A stretch of DNA of 64,000 nucleotides from assembly GCA_003971905.1 (NCBI GenBank), contig RSEE01000009.1:496001-560000 (forward strand), written 5' to 3'. The DNA is from Moniliella sp. 'wahieum' (taxonomy: Eukaryota). The notes beneath the pieces were generated by a model. It was given only the letters and a program-made list of their open reading frames with translations, was not told where the DNA came from and made no database searches. The translations under genes were made by a program, and so were the position numbers. Position 1 is the first letter of the stretch, and the number at the start of each line of letters is the position of its first letter. This document shows, one piece after another, positions 1-13,281 of this stretch.

Positions 1-929
1 CCGCGGTGGCCAACTCGGGTGGGCCAACGCGCATGGAGAAGGCCAAGATCGGTGTGTGCCAGTTCCAACTCTCCAGCCCCAAGCCCGATATGGATAACCA
101 GATTGTGGTGAATGACTATCGCCAGATGGACAAGATCCTGAAGGAGGAGCGACAGTATCTTCTGCTGAACATGTGCAAGAAGATTAAGAAGGCGGGGTGC
201 AATGTCTTGCTGCTCCAGAAGTCCATTTTGCGCGATGCTGTCAACGACCTAGCGCTTCATTTCCTTGCCAAGCTTAAGATCCTTGTCATCAAGGACATCG
301 AGCGTGATGAGATGGAATTGTTTGCAAGACCCTCCACACGACCCCAATCGCCGATATTGACGCTTTCACTGAGGACAAGCTGGCATACGCCGACCTAGTT
401 GAGGAGGTGCAAACTGGCGGGTGCCCGTGTGGTCAAGGTTTCTGGCATCAAGGACATGGGCAATACTGTGAGCGTCTTGTGCACGGGCCAACAGCCTGGT
501 GCTTGAGGAGAGCGAGCGGTCGCTGCACGATCGCTGTGTGTGGTGCGCTCGCTTGTGAAGAAGCGCGCCTTAATCGCTGGTGGCGGCGCACCTGAAGTGC
601 ATGTTTCGCGTCGGCTGGCTCAGTACGCACAACAACTGCAGGGCATGGAGTCATTCTGCTTCCAGGCATTCGCCGACGCTTTGGAGATCATCCCCACGAC
701 GCTGGCCGAAAATGCCGGGCTCAACCCAATCGCCATTGTGACAGAGCTGCGTAACCGGCATGCTCAGGGGGAGACGACCGCCGGCATTAACGTGCGTAAG
801 GGAACGATCACCAACATTCTCGAGGAAAATGTATTGCAGCCCCTGTTGGTCAACACGTCGGCCATTGAGTTGGCCACTGAGACGGTGTCACTCCTACTCC
901 GGATCGATGACTACCATTTGGCCAGGTGA
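1..929 (+). CDS. CCT4: T-complex protein 1 subunit delta (CCT/TRiC chaperonin), 5'-truncated by the window edge; apparent frameshifts
   Basis: Translated pieces [67 protein letters not shown] and [39 protein letters not shown] are characteristic of CCT-delta; the frame breaks near 320-540. Confidence 0.93.
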
Positions 930-1141
930 AGAATTATTGCATTGATTGATCCGTCTAGCTTATCCTGCAGGCGTGCCCTTGTCCATCTACATAGCCCTAC
1001 AGGTTCAGATTATCTGTGGTACAGCATGCATGCATAGAAAGCCCGCTACGGGAGCAGACAAAAAGGCAGACCAATGCCATCGGCTGGCCCATCCGTTCGC
1101 GGCGAGCAAGCCAGCTCGTTTTGGGGGCGCAAGCAAGACGC

Positions 1142-1921
1142 TCAGACGCTGGCCAGGGGTGGGCTCAACGAACTCAGCACTCTTGACCTTGGCACCGAGG
1201 TCCTCAGCGCCCACAACGTTGGCTGCACCGCCGTGGAGCTCAACAAGGCGCGAAACGTCAAACTTGGGCTCTTGATGATCTTGACCTTGTGCACGAACAC
1301 ATCCTTCAGAGGGTAGATGCCACGGGTCGACTTCTCAATCTCGCGACCAATGACCTCCGGAATGAGCTTCTGGACCAGCTCCTTGATGTCGCAGGTCTCA
1401 ATCTCGCGCTTGATGATCTGGAACATCTTTTGCCGGATGGCGCGCACCTGGGCCGACTGGGCGTAGGTCGTCTTGGACACGCTGTTGGAGCGGCGCTTGG
1501 TGAAGGCAATGACAAACAGACGAACAACGTAACCATCCGTCAGCTTCACGTCCTGGTGCGCCTCAATCGTGGTCTGCCACTTGCGAACGAGCGAGCGGAT
1601 CTTGTCCGTCGTGAAGTTCATCGAGTGGAAGTTGGTCAGGCACGAGCGGCCCTGAACCTCGTCGACACGCAGCGAGAACTTGCGGAAGGATTGCTCCTCG
1701 TCCTTGTTCAGGTCAGCGAGCGAGGCCTCGACAATGCGGCCCTTGAGCGAGTCATTGGCGTTCACCAGACCCTGGGATTTGTTCACGATAGTCTTGCCAA
1801 CAGTGCGGTTGTCGAAGAAAGTAGGCGCCCGGATGTCGTGCCACACCTTGCGCGACATGGGGTCGACCGTCTTCTTCTTCATGCCCTTCTTGCCGAGCTT
1901 CTTGTTCTTGCCGATCGCCAT
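1142..1921 (-). CDS. RPS1: 40S ribosomal protein eS1 (S1/S3a)
   Basis: [67 protein letters not shown]. An apparent 1-nt deletion near 1268 (AGC CC[C] AAG) masks the normal [13 protein letters not shown]-terminus. Confidence 0.97.
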   Translation of the reverse strand: MAIGKNKKLGKKGMKKKTVDPMSRKVWHDIRAPTFFDNRTVGKTIVNKSQGLVNANDSLKGRIVEASLADLNKDEEQSFRKFSLRVDEVQGRSCLTNFHSMNFTTDKIRSLVRKWQTTIEAHQDVKLTDGYVVRLFVIAFTKRRSNSVSKTTYAQSAQVRAIRQKMFQIIKREIETCDIKELVQKLIPEVIGREIEKSTRGIYPLKDVFVHKVKIIKSPSLTFRALLSSTAVQPTLWALRTSVPRSRVLSSLSPPLASV

Positions 1922-1943
1922 CTTGAAAGACTGTCCGGGAACA

Positions 1944-2092
1944 CTGCGCGAGGGGAGGTTAGCACTATTCCGTCTCGTTGGATGGGGCCGTCAGCGGGAG
2001 GGTGTATGCCATGAGGCTGCGGGGCAAAGGAGGACTAAATATTCGTGCTCCCGCCCGGACGAGATGACCACTTTCGGGTGCATGCTGCTTAC
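1944..2092 (-). other. Spliceosomal intron in the RPS1 5' UTR
   Basis: Minus strand has AAG|GTAAGC donor at 2092, GCTAAC branch point at 1958-1963 and CGCAG acceptor at 1944, 22 nt upstream of the ATG. Confidence 0.75.
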
Positions 2093-2470
2093 CTTAAGGG
2101 TGGCGGTCCTAATGTGTCGGCGGTAACAGAGACGACCTGAGCGGCTGATGTTGCTGGAAGGGCGTTGGCGCCAATGGAGCGCTAGGGTTGGTGTTGGTGC
2201 TGCGGCAACCTTTGCCGTAACCCTACAATATGGGGTTTTGCCTCAGGGGCCCTGTGCTGCCTGCGGCTCTTTTCAATTTGTAACCTTCCGAGCAATGTGG
2301 ATTGCAATCCGGCAAGTTTTGTTCAACTGCGGGGCAAATTCATGTTGCAGACGGTGAAGTGCCGTCCGTAGTGACGGCGATATCTAAAGGAAGGAGGCAG
2401 CGAAGAAGAGGATGCGTAAACAAGCAACATTAGTTAGCTTCGAGAGGAGCACGAGATCGCAAGACCACAT

Positions 2471-4190
2471 TCAGTGCATGTATATTGCTTCGGACACTGA
2501 TGCCGAATCGTTCTCTTTGCGTGCTGGGCTATATTGGCTTCCATCCATCAGCACACATAGGACGGGGCTGAGGCGCTGTTGAGGAGGTAAGGATCCAACC
2601 CTGCTTTTTGATTTCAGAGATGCGGTGGTAGAATTCAACAAGGCCCTGGACCAACTCGGCCATTCCTTCTCCGCAGATGCTTGGCCACAATCCAGACTGT
2701 GGACCAAGGGATGGAATAAAGCTACTTATTTGAAGGAAAGTGTTGGGTCGGGCTAATAGCAGAGAGCGAGGAAATGCCATGGCCACAACCTTCTCTTTTC
2801 TCGTCCGATCTGTCAAAGCATGAACGGCCAGTTCAGTTCCCTTGGGAGATGTCATCCTCCATCCCAGAGAGCGACAATTGCCCTTACTGCACGCGTACAA
2901 TCGCACCCAATTGAACTTTTTTTGTGTCGCCTGATGTGCTTGCGTACCAAGCGTGCCATCATCATGGATATAGTGTCGAAGGGTTTCAAGTCGCGGACAA
3001 GGTAGTGCCGATCAGGTCCTTAACCATGCTTCATATTATGTATACAACCTCTTGGGCTGGGTGGAGGATCTGCTTGCATGACCAAAGCTATGCAGTGGTC
3101 AAGCTCGGCGCCGAAGGCGAGTGCCGCGCACCGGGACCAGGGCTGAACCACGATACAACCAGTGGACTGCGATTCATCTGTCCCCATATGTGCCGGAAGA
3201 GATACGAGAAAAATCGAAAATATCGGCGAGGCAGATTCGAGGGAGTGTGGGCTAGGGACCCAAGCATGCCAATACTGTCGACTGTTCGCCCATGGATTAC
3301 TGGGAGGACGTCAAGGTGGGCCCCATCTCTCCGCACCCTGCCCTTTTTTCTCCTGATCCCACAGTGTGGGCCAACGTATTAAGTCGATTGGTGGGCAGCG
3401 GGTCGAGCCTCCTCCATCTCCCCATGGAGACGCAAGAACGCTGTTGTGTAGACCTCTCCCTCTCAACGAATTTATGAGGCCTCTGATACACCCCCGGGAA
3501 CAACATATCCCTCAGTAACTGCAAGAGGCCATGTGCATGATTTGTTCGATTGATTCTTCCTCTGGACCCGTCTTACCAAACAGAGAAAGACCGCTATCGA
3601 AGGCGTATGGAGAACAAAATGCGTGGGCATTCCGATCAGCCACAGCTTTGACAGATTCCGGTGTAGGAAAGCGATCATCCATACTCATTCTCCTCGTATA
3701 AGAAGGGTTGTGGAAGTTCAACAACCGAGGCAGTACCAATCCCCAACACCTGGCCCGAAATGTTTGGATTGGGTGATGCCAAAAGAAAAGTTACTGCATG
3801 GGGGAAGACAAAAAAAGCAATGAAAACCTCCATCCAGCTGGGCCGAAAAGGCCTCTCTCATGCCTCCCCCGGCCCCGATACCACCTCCTTCGGGAAAGCA
3901 GTAAGATCGGAACACAGAGCAAAGAGATGATGTATCCTGTTCGTCGCGCATGGAGGAGATTGGTAGCCGCATACGAGAGCAGTGTGAGCCTCCAACCCCA
4001 GTTCCTCATAAAACCGTCCAATGGCGTGGGGCCGGCGCACGCAAATAAAGAACTCAGTGCCATGCGCACCACATCCGACTGCGCCGGATGTTTCATTGTT
4101 TCATACGCGTGTATTCCGCCATCCATCCCGGTGCCACCTTCATTCCGCCAGGTGTTCTTCTTGCCGCCCCTGCTGCCCAGAATCCGACAT
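2471..4190 (-). CDS. Possible frameshifted protein-coding gene, function unknown
   Basis: A chain of adjacent minus-strand ORF fragments (3791-4126, 3512-3739, 3088-3336, 2529-2906); no family recognised. Confidence 0.25.
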
Positions 4191-4234
4191 TGCCGGGCTG
4201 ATCAGAGCTACCAGTACCTGCGAACTCCTCGGCC

Positions 4235-5353
4235 ATGTCGCTAGCATTGTCGAGCCTGCGCTCCTTCGCAGTGCGCGTCGGCGCGCCAAGAGCCTTCTCA
4301 TCGTCTGCGGCCGCCTGGAACCAGTCCCCCACTGAGGTGGGCAAGGAGGCCGCCCGGGAGGCTGCCGCGCAGGCCGCTCCTGAGGCTGCGGCGAACGCAG
4401 CGCAGGCGGCCGAGGCCACTGCCGCATCCCCTGCGCAGAACTTGGCCCAGGACCCAAGCCAAGCTTCCGAACACGCTGCGTACGCCACCACGGCTACCGC
4501 AGCTGCATCTAAAGGGGCAGCTGTGGCGGCCCAGGAGGCAGGGAGCCCGGCCGAGGTGCAAGTCGCTGGCGAGCGGACGGCAGAGGAGGTAGCTCGTCTC
4601 CTGGCCATCAATCGCAAACGGATCCCGCAACAGAGCCACACGCTGCACACCTACCACCGCACCGCGCGCCAAAAGGCCATTGAGCTCTACCACATGACGG
4701 CCAACTTCCACCCCACCAAGCTTCCTGCTCACGTCGTCGACTCTTCCGACGCGGTTCAGGGTCAGGAGTTCACTTCGGCCGACGAGAAGCACCAGGTGGC
4801 GCTACAGGCCGACCTGGAGCGGCGGATCATGGACGCTCTGGCTGTCCAGACCCCCAGTGGAGGTGTGGACTTCAAGGGCGCTGTCGTTACTTCGACTCGC
4901 AACCCCGCTGCTCCAGCCTACGTGCAGGCCATGGCACCGCCCAAGTTTCACAGTACGGGCCAACTGATGCGCCTGGAGCAACGTCGGACGGACCGTGTTC
5001 ACAAGGCGGATCGGGGCCAGGCGTGGGAGCACAACGACGAGGTGAGCCAAGAAGTGATGGGGGCCATTTTGCAAGGCGCTGCGCCCGCCGATGCGCTGGA
5101 CAAGGATGTCCAGACATACCTCCAACGTGCCCACTTCCGTGACTCTGTCACTCCCCCCGACCAGCGACCCAAGGTGGGCAAGTCGCGTACCCTCTCTTCC
5201 CTCGTGGACCGGCGCGAAGCTAGGGTGCGCGACGCCCTGTTTGGCACAATTGGTGGTGCGCTCCCAGGCGAGTCGCTTTTGATGGCTCGCGAGGAGCAAC
5301 GCAAGGCGCTGCTGAAGCAGCGCAAGCAGGCCAAGCTCCCCAAGCTCGAGTAG
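4235..5353 (+). CDS. Hypothetical protein, probably mitochondrial
   Basis: Intact 372-aa ORF with coding-type GC3 bias; Arg/Ser/Ala-rich N-terminus MSLALSSLRSFAVRVGAPRAFSSSAAAWN resembles a mitochondrial presequence. Confidence 0.7.
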   Translation: MSLALSSLRSFAVRVGAPRAFSSSAAAWNQSPTEVGKEAAREAAAQAAPEAAANAAQAAEATAASPAQNLAQDPSQASEHAAYATTATAAASKGAAVAAQEAGSPAEVQVAGERTAEEVARLLAINRKRIPQQSHTLHTYHRTARQKAIELYHMTANFHPTKLPAHVVDSSDAVQGQEFTSADEKHQVALQADLERRIMDALAVQTPSGGVDFKGAVVTSTRNPAAPAYVQAMAPPKFHSTGQLMRLEQRRTDRVHKADRGQAWEHNDEVSQEVMGAILQGAAPADALDKDVQTYLQRAHFRDSVTPPDQRPKVGKSRTLSSLVDRREARVRDALFGTIGGALPGESLLMAREEQRKALLKQRKQAKLPKLE

Positions 5354-5788
5354 AACACCAAATCTATGTTTTGACTACGCATATTGACCCTATTGACCAT
5401 GCCAATTGTCTTGGGCATCGACGTGGTGCCTCTGGCCTGGGGTTCAGTCTATACAAGTTGCTAGCTGCTTAACTATAGACGGGAGGGGCGGGGAAAATGA
5501 AGGATTCGCATCAGGTCCCTAGCGTAGGAGTATCTTGCCAAAGCGGGAATACTTGCCGTCACAAGAATTTCGAGGGACTTCCAGCCCAGGGTTCCGATCG
5601 CCTGCACCTCCTTTACCCGGCCCCTGGAATCTCCAAGGGGGACGAGCAGGAAAGTGTGAGATCAAGAGAGGGGATGAATTCACACAAAATGGGCTTGTTT
5701 ATACCACTGTGCATAATCAACATAAAAAATGGAGGGAACAAGGCCTGCCTCCAAGAAGGGCACGCTCCTCGTAGATCTGAGAGGAGGG

Positions 5789-8085
5789 TTAGAAGAAGAA
5801 ACTCCAAATCCGTTTCATCAACGGCTGTTGGCGCGCCTCCTCGCGTTCTTGCCGGAGAATATCGAGAGGCACCAGGCGTCGGCCGGTGACAATGTCAATG
5901 TCTTCAATCCGACGGAACTTGTTGTCGGACCAGACCTTGGTTGGCCATGCCCATACCGGGACCGGTCCCACGCACGTCACATTCCAGCGTGTACAGAAGA
6001 CACTGTTCCAGTCCAACAGGCCAATGAAGAAGAAGATACCGACAACGGGGATGGCCAGGCAGTCCTGGAAGAAAGTGACGGCGCGGCCCGAGGCAGTAGC
6101 ATTGTCTGATGAATGGATCGGCCAAGAACCAATTATGATCTCAAAGAGTACCTGTGTAGCAAACGATACGTGGGGTGAGTGCATGCACTGACGAGACTGT
6201 TCTGCGAGATGAAAGTGACGTACCACCAGCAAACAGAACGAAGTGCCCCAAATCGAGCCAATCATGCCTGTGGGAGCCTTCCACGGAATCTCCTCAAGTG
6301 TATGTCCGTGGTAGGACCAGGCCTGGCGGAAGCGGAAGTGGCAGAAGGTGACAGAGCCCCCTTCCATAGAGAGAGTTGGGAGAGTTAGCTGGGCTCAGGC
6401 TCTACTTGTCGCACAGAGGTTCGAACGTACAAGAAAAGATTGTTGACAGTCCACTGAGTGCCAGTAGCCAGTTGAACACGTCTGACTCGGACGAGGAGTA
6501 AATGAGGAAAGAGAGGAAGCCCATGGCCAAACTGAGGATCACTGCCGGCAAAGGGCGGCCCTTGCGATCAATGTACTTGAACAAATGGAGCCTGGCCCAT
6601 CTGCGCCAGGGCAGTGAGTGTCCGTGAGGCACCGTACACGGCTGAGTTGCCCACGGACAGAACCGAGATGAGAATCACCGCATTGAAAATGGACGGCAAA
6701 GCGTGGATTTGACCAATTTGGATGGCAATGACGAAAGGGCTGGCGCGCGCATCGTACGAAGAAGTGCCTGTCAGCCGCGGGTCATCGGGATTGACAATGA
6801 GAGTGATGACCAGAAGCGAAACGACATAAAAAAGCATAATACGGAAAAAGACTTGCTTCGCTGCCTTGGGCATATCCTTGCGAGGGTTGTGCGATTCGGC
6901 GGCAGCGAGACCGATCAGCTCGGTTCCTGTGAGCCGTTACTGTTAGTTCTTCTCCCGTTTTTCACATCAATGAGCATGTGCAAATACCGGCAAAGGCAAA
7001 GGCAGCCGATGTAAATACAGAGCAGAAGCCGCGGAAGCCGTTCTTGAACGCTTCGGAAGGAGGGTTCCAGTATTTGTTGCCAATGTTCTTGTGAGAGGGA
7101 GCACCACCAGCCGAAATGACACTGCCGCAAACTAAAAAAATGTTAGGTTATAGTCCCGCAATAAACGTGTTAACACAACAGAGGGGAAGCCATACTGATG
7201 AAGCCGAGAACGGTGCTGAGAAAGAAAGAAAAAAAAAAAAAAAAAAAACGAAAGTCAGCTTATTACGACAGTGCACACACCACACATTTGGATAAGGAGG
7301 AGAAAGGTTGACGAGAGGACAAAGGGAGACGTACATGATTTTGATGATGGAAGCAAAGCTCTCAAACTCCCCGTAGCCACGCACACCAAAAAAGTTGATG
7401 AAGGCGATGATCACAATAAAGATGACGAGCCACACGCCTGGGCTAATGTGCTCATTTGGGTCCCAAAAGCGGATGACGATCGAGGCAGCGGTGAGTTCAA
7501 GCGGGAGGACAATAAACCACTGCATCCAATAGTTCCACCCCATCGCGAATCCCCATGCGGGCGAAACGAAGCGGGTCGAGTATGCAGCGAAGGAGCCCGA
7601 GATGGGGAAAAGAGTTCCCATTTCTCCCAAATCGAGCACGACACAGAGAAGCATACTCGCAATCAGAAGGTAGTCAAGCATCAAGAACCCGGGCCCACCC
7701 GTCTGGTATACTCCGCCCGAGCCAATAAACAGGCCTGTGCCGATGCTGTGCCAATGCAAGTATCGAAAGGGTCAGCTGAGCGCCCATCAAAAACAAGAGG
7801 GAGGGAGGAGGTGCGAACTGACCTCCCACCAAAGGCAATCATCTGCATGTGGCGCTGGTTGAGGTGGCGTTGCAGATGCGGCGCGTCGCCGCTATGCTCT
7901 GGGGCGCCCGAGCTGGGAAAGTCGTAGGCTTGGCTAGCTTCCCCTTCGAGTTCGTACTTGTGCACCGACGTCTTCTCGACGTCGCTCCTCGGGGAGATTT
8001 CGTGGTCAACATTGCTCCCAGGCTGGCTGCTGGGAGTCTCCATAGGCTTGAAGCCATCGACAAAGCTGCGTAGCAGATGTGCCAT
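5789..8085 (-). CDS. Amino-acid permease, APC/YAT family (Gap1-like); multi-exon, frameshifted
   Basis: LQRHLNQRHMQMIAFGG / SIGTGLFIGSG / GFAMGWNYWMQW..LPLELTAA / FGVRGYGEFE / GTELIGLAAAE / PKAAKQVFFRI / ASPFVIAI / FNWLLALSGLS / IEDIDIVTGRR motifs, with GT..AG introns between them. Confidence 0.93.
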
Positions 8086-9708
8086 GGCGAGGGAGGGGTG
8101 AGGGAGAGGGAGGGAAGGTGGCGGTCACGCAGGGAAGAGGCGGTGTGGGGGAGTTAAAAGAGTGGCCGCCTCAACGCGCACTCCGGCTGCTCCAGTTTGG
8201 TTGCTCGGCCGGCAGCGGATGCTGGATGGGGAGGGTCTGCCAGCACACATGCCCACACCGGCCCACGTACTGCCCCCACATGGGTGCAGCGTAGGCGGGC
8301 GGATGGCGCGACGGCCATGGGGGCAGGCATGGGGATAGTGTACGCACAACTCCGCAGCGGCAACGCGATGGGGTGGGGGCAGGGGGGCGCAGGCACTGTG
8401 CCTGGGGGGCGTTGGGCGATTCGAGGACAGGAGAGGTGGGGTGTGCGTATGTAGCCGCAACGTTGCGGCTATATCGGCCAGCGACATGCGGCGCCTGTCG
8501 GCCTACCCGGCCCAAGGGCAGCCTAACGCTGTCCGTTGGTCTCGCCCCTGCGCCGTAGTCCCTCCCACCGCACCGCTGTGTTCCCCAGGCTGTCGGGAGA
8601 TTAGACGAGTGCAGAGCGCCCCCCCGCCTGTGGGATGCTTTGCTTCCCACCGCTGTCACACATCACCACTGCACCTGTCACACACTGGCTGGCTGCTGCC
8701 GGCTACCCCGCCTGGCCAGCAAGCACACTGGGCCCACGCCGCGGGCTCAAGCGTCGCGCACGGTGCACCCTGGCACATCTGCAGGCACAAGTCCGCACCC
8801 TGCAGGTCCCACGTCAGGTGCTCGCGCCGGCTTTCTCTGTCGGGCGCAAAGGCGCCAGCCAGTATGGACCCCTGACTTGATATTAAAATTGATCATCGAT
8901 AAGCGAAGCGATAATCGATAATCGATAATCGATCATCGAGATTATCGACAGTGGAAGCCTATAACCGACGTTTAACCGGCACGGGCGATGTGCGTTGTTC
9001 TTGCTGTGCGCCTACCGGCCAGCCTCAAGTTGTCAACCTACAAGCTTCCCTGTTCTGTGCGGACGGAGTCGAGCGGAGTCACTAGTCATGTGGCCACCCT
9101 GGGCGCCACACCCTGTTCCACCGCAGAGTCCTCGCCCTGCCGTTATGCAGGCCGCCGGGTTCCTCTCTTTCCTCTTCTCATCTGTTTTCACCACCACACT
9201 CCGGTCGGGACTGTAGTCTGGTGAAACCGCACACACAGGTGTTTTGCGCTAGTAGCGCGGGAACTACATAGGCTCCTGCACTCCGTGTCGTGCATCATAC
9301 ATATATGTCATGCTTCACATAATGTGTGTATTGCAGAAACCAACCGAAGTCCATCATAATATCGCCCACAATTCTTCATCCTTTTCCGCGTTTCATCATT
9401 CAGTTAACTACCTCTCCTACTGAATGGCACACTCCACTGCGCCTCTCTAAATAACCCGCCCCAGCAGCCCGCTCTGGATTCCGTCTTACATAGGGGCGTA
9501 AATGGGTAAACGTTAGAAAGGAGGTGGCATGCCGTCCCACAGGTTCATCCTTCTCGTGCAGCAATAATGGATGTAAGAAAACATGCAAAACGAAACACTA
9601 CCTACCCTCGAGATCGTCAAAGAAAAAAAGGTAAAAGGAGAAAGCACAAAGAACTGGTACAATGCTCAAAAGGTGCCCACCGGCACCCCCAACCACACAG
9701 CCAAGCTT

Positions 9709-11045
9709 TCAATATTCCTCCTCCAGCTCGTCTTCCTGCATCTCCGTATCGGCAGCAACCTCCTCGTAATCCTTCTCGAGGGCAGCCAAGTCCTCGCGGG
9801 CCTCGGAAAACTCGCCTTCCTCCATCCCCTCCCCGACGTACCAGTGCACAAAAGCCCGCTTCGAATACAGTAAGTCGAACTTGCGGTCAAGCCGCGTCCA
9901 AGCCGATGCGATCGCAGTCGTATTGGACAACATACAGAGCGAGCGACTGAGGTGAGCCAGGTCTGCCCCCGGCACCTGTGCCGGCGCTTGGTTGCAAATG
10001 CCGACCTTGAACCCAGTCGGGCACCAGTCGACGAACTGGATGGTGCGCTTGGTCTTGATCGCGGCAGTGGCCGTGTTGACATCCTTTGGCACTACATCGC
10101 CCCGGTACAAAAGGCAGGAAGCCATAAACTTGCCCTCGCGTGGATCACACTTGACCATCTGGTTACCGCGCTCGAATGCGGAAGACGTCATCTCTGCAAC
10201 ACTGTTCTGCTCATGCGACACCTTGTCGGCCGAGATGATGGGTGAGAGAGAGGCAAGTGGGAAATGGATGCGCGGGAAGGGCACGAGGTTGGTCTGAAAT
10301 TCGGTGAGATCCACATTCAATGAGCCCTCAAAGCGCAGCGAGGCGGTGACAGACGAGACAACCTGAGCGATCAAGCGGTTCAGATTGGAGTACGAAGGCG
10401 ACTAATCCTTAGTTTGGACTTGCAGATGTCGTACAGTGCTTCGTTGTGCACCATGAAGGAGCAATCTGAGTTTTCCAGCGTGTGTGTGGGTGGTGAGGAC
10501 CGAATTGTACGGCTCCACAACCGATGAAGACATCATCGGCGCCGGGTAGACTGAAAACTCGAGCTTGGCCTTCTTGCCATAATCTTGCGCCAGATGCTCG
10601 AGCAAGAGCGATCCAAATCCTGAACCTGTGCCGCCGCCAAAGGAGTGGAACACAAAGAACCCTTGCAGGCCTCCTGCGGCATCAGCTAGCTTGCGAACAC
10701 GCTCTAGTGTGTCGTCAATCTCTTTTCCCACCGTGTAGTGGCCACGGGCATAGTTGTTGGCTGCATCCTCTTTCCCTGTGACAAGAGTCTCGGGGTGGAA
10801 AAGGGAGCGGTACGTGCCGGTGCGGACCTCGTCCACCACATTCGGCTCGAGATCAACGTAGATTGAGCGGGGCACATATTTGCCTGACCCAGTCTCGGAA
10901 AAGAAGGTGCTGAATCCATCGTGGTTGGAAGACGTGGAGCCCTCGAGAAGGTGCCCATCCGGGGAAAGGCCATGTTCCTGGAGATAAAGCTCCCAACAGG
11001 CATTGCCAATCTGGATGCCAGCTTGGCCGACATGGAGAGAGGAGA
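9709..11045 (-). CDS. TUB1: Alpha-tubulin (first exon and start codon not resolved; frameshifts)
   Basis: [105 protein letters not shown] and the C-terminal EEEY. Confidence 0.96.
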
Positions 11046-13281
11046 GCGGCGGACAAACACTGCCTCAACTGAGACTGGAAATCGACGTGGCCAGAGGAGG
11101 GCTCGCGCGACTGGACTGACGAATGGCTGGAGGACGAGATCGGAGGAGATGTCGGACGCTAACAACAGTAGGCTGCCTGTACTGGATCAATTGGCTGGAA
11201 AACGGGCAGGAGTCGGACAGGATAGGCGAGAGGGTAGACGAGGGGGTTGAGACGAGAGTGGGGACGAGAATGGGGACGAGAATTGACGAGAATGGAAGGT
11301 GGGGAAAAAGGTCCCCATCAACCAGGGATACAGGCAGGATCAAAAGGGAAACGGATACAAGAGGGGGTGTAGGAAGGAAGACACGTCAAAGGGGGGGGGT
11401 CGCCGCAGGCGCGACCGAGAAAGGAACAGGAGACGGGGACGGGGCGACAGACGTCGCCACGGCACTGATGGAAGCTCGGTGGCTTTATTTAGGCCGGCCG
11501 ACTTGGACTTGGGCGGGGTGCGACTATTGCCGCGCGGATGCGATACTTAATTTAGCCAACCATCATCACACTCGGTTGGCCTGCGGAGCACGCTCTACTG
11601 GGCATGTGTGGAGCAGGCGGGCCTTAGCTTGGGTCGGACCATCTCGAGTCCGCCGCAGCCCGTGACACTGAGAGCTCTTTCCAACATGGAAAAGGTGGGG
11701 GCTATCGTGGGAAGGAAATGGGATTGGCGAGATGTGTGGTTTTTCATGCGACAGCGGCTGTTGCGCTGTGCCAAGAATAGAGAAGGACCCAGAGAGAAAG
11801 AAACCGCGAATTTCCCTTATGCGGACCAACAAGTGATTAACCGACCTTTGGCCTCATCGACCTCATCCGTCCGCGAAATGATCTCACTCCTCCACGTCTA
11901 GAGTACTACCCGCTCTCTCTCTTGATGCTTTTACCAGCAATCTCACATTCCAACTCCTCATCAAAGTTAGCAATTGTATCGTATTTCACTGCTTTGGTTG
12001 TCCCGTACATCATTCAAAGAGAGTCCGAATGGTATGCTTGTGATGGGTGGGGGGGTGGGGGGGTATATAGTTTTTGTTTCATCCTCTCATCGTCAAACTG
12101 GCGGATTTTGTTGGTGAGAGAGGAGTGGCTCTTGAAGCTGCCAATCCGAGCGTCGTCATGACCAGAGCAAAATGTGGTTCAACCCCTCCATTCCTGATCT
12201 TCCGAGTGCTCCAAGTTCCATCCCTCGGTATAGTCCGTACGTCTATAGCATTTTTCCTCCCACATCCCGTCTCGGCCTCTCTTGCTCCCTCCACTCACAG
12301 CAGTCACAGCTCGTTGAGGATATGGCGTCCGGGATGGAGCGCCCGAGGTAATCGATAATCGCTAACAGGCGGTTCGTTCACCCTCCGTGCTCGTGATCGA
12401 TCAGCTCCCTAGTTCGTTCAGTCAGTACAGGGGCCAAGTGATTGCGGCTAGTTGGTCGCGGCGCAACAGAGTGACTGGGTCAGGTTAGAGTGGCCAAGTG
12501 ACTAGTGACCCGCAGTGACACGTGACATGTGCATGTGACCATGTGACCCCTCACTGACACGATGGAGCAATCGCGTTGAATTGGGTTGCTGAGGCTGAGC
12601 GCTGGGTTAGGTAAGCGGAGGCATGCAGGCATGCACTGCTGGGGGGCAAATCGAATCGGGGAGGACGCACGCCGCTTTCCTGCTCGGCTGTTCGGGCGTT
12701 TTCAGCCCCAGTGCCTCAGTGCCTCAGCTCAGCTCAGCGGCGCATCCTGCCCACAGCTGCCCCGTGCATCACCTGTGTCACCGCGTCACATGTCCATGTC
12801 ACCGCTGATCGGGGTCGATGCCGATGCACGAGGCCATAGTTACGCGTTACGCCTGACACGTGACGCGGTGGCGGTCACCCAGTACTCAGCGCATGCTCGG
12901 ATCTCAGAGGATCAGCGCTCAGCCGCTCAGCCTTGCCGAGCGCCATGGAGCTTGAGACGCCGGCGCACCTCGGCATGGGCAGTGAGCCACTCGCAATTCA
13001 ATGTTGAATTAGCAATCAAAACGAGTAGTGAGCAACGCAGCTGCTGCCGCAGTCGCGCTTCGTGTCACTGTCACCCGTCACGAACCGCCACTCCGCCTCC
13101 CTCCACCCCTCCCCTCCGTCTGCGCCGCGCCCACGATGGGCGTGCAGTGATTAGCGACTCTGCTCCCCAGTGCCCATCCACGCCCAGCCGAGCCCTCGCA
13201 GCGCAGCGCCCGCCCTCATCCCCCCCTCCCCCCCCCGCCCGCTTCTGCCCCACCCAGGCTCATGTCCTCCTCCCTCTCTTG

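Noticed and set aside
1289..2014. 241-aa plus-strand ORF (also 29351-30196, 41732-42586, 46231-47346 and similar)
   Set aside because: These are antisense or alternative-frame shadows of real GC3-rich genes, with no independent protein features.
7228..7248. Poly(A) run as a retroelement tail
   Set aside because: It is the polypyrimidine tract of a minus-strand intron of the amino-acid permease, downstream of a GCTGAC branch site.
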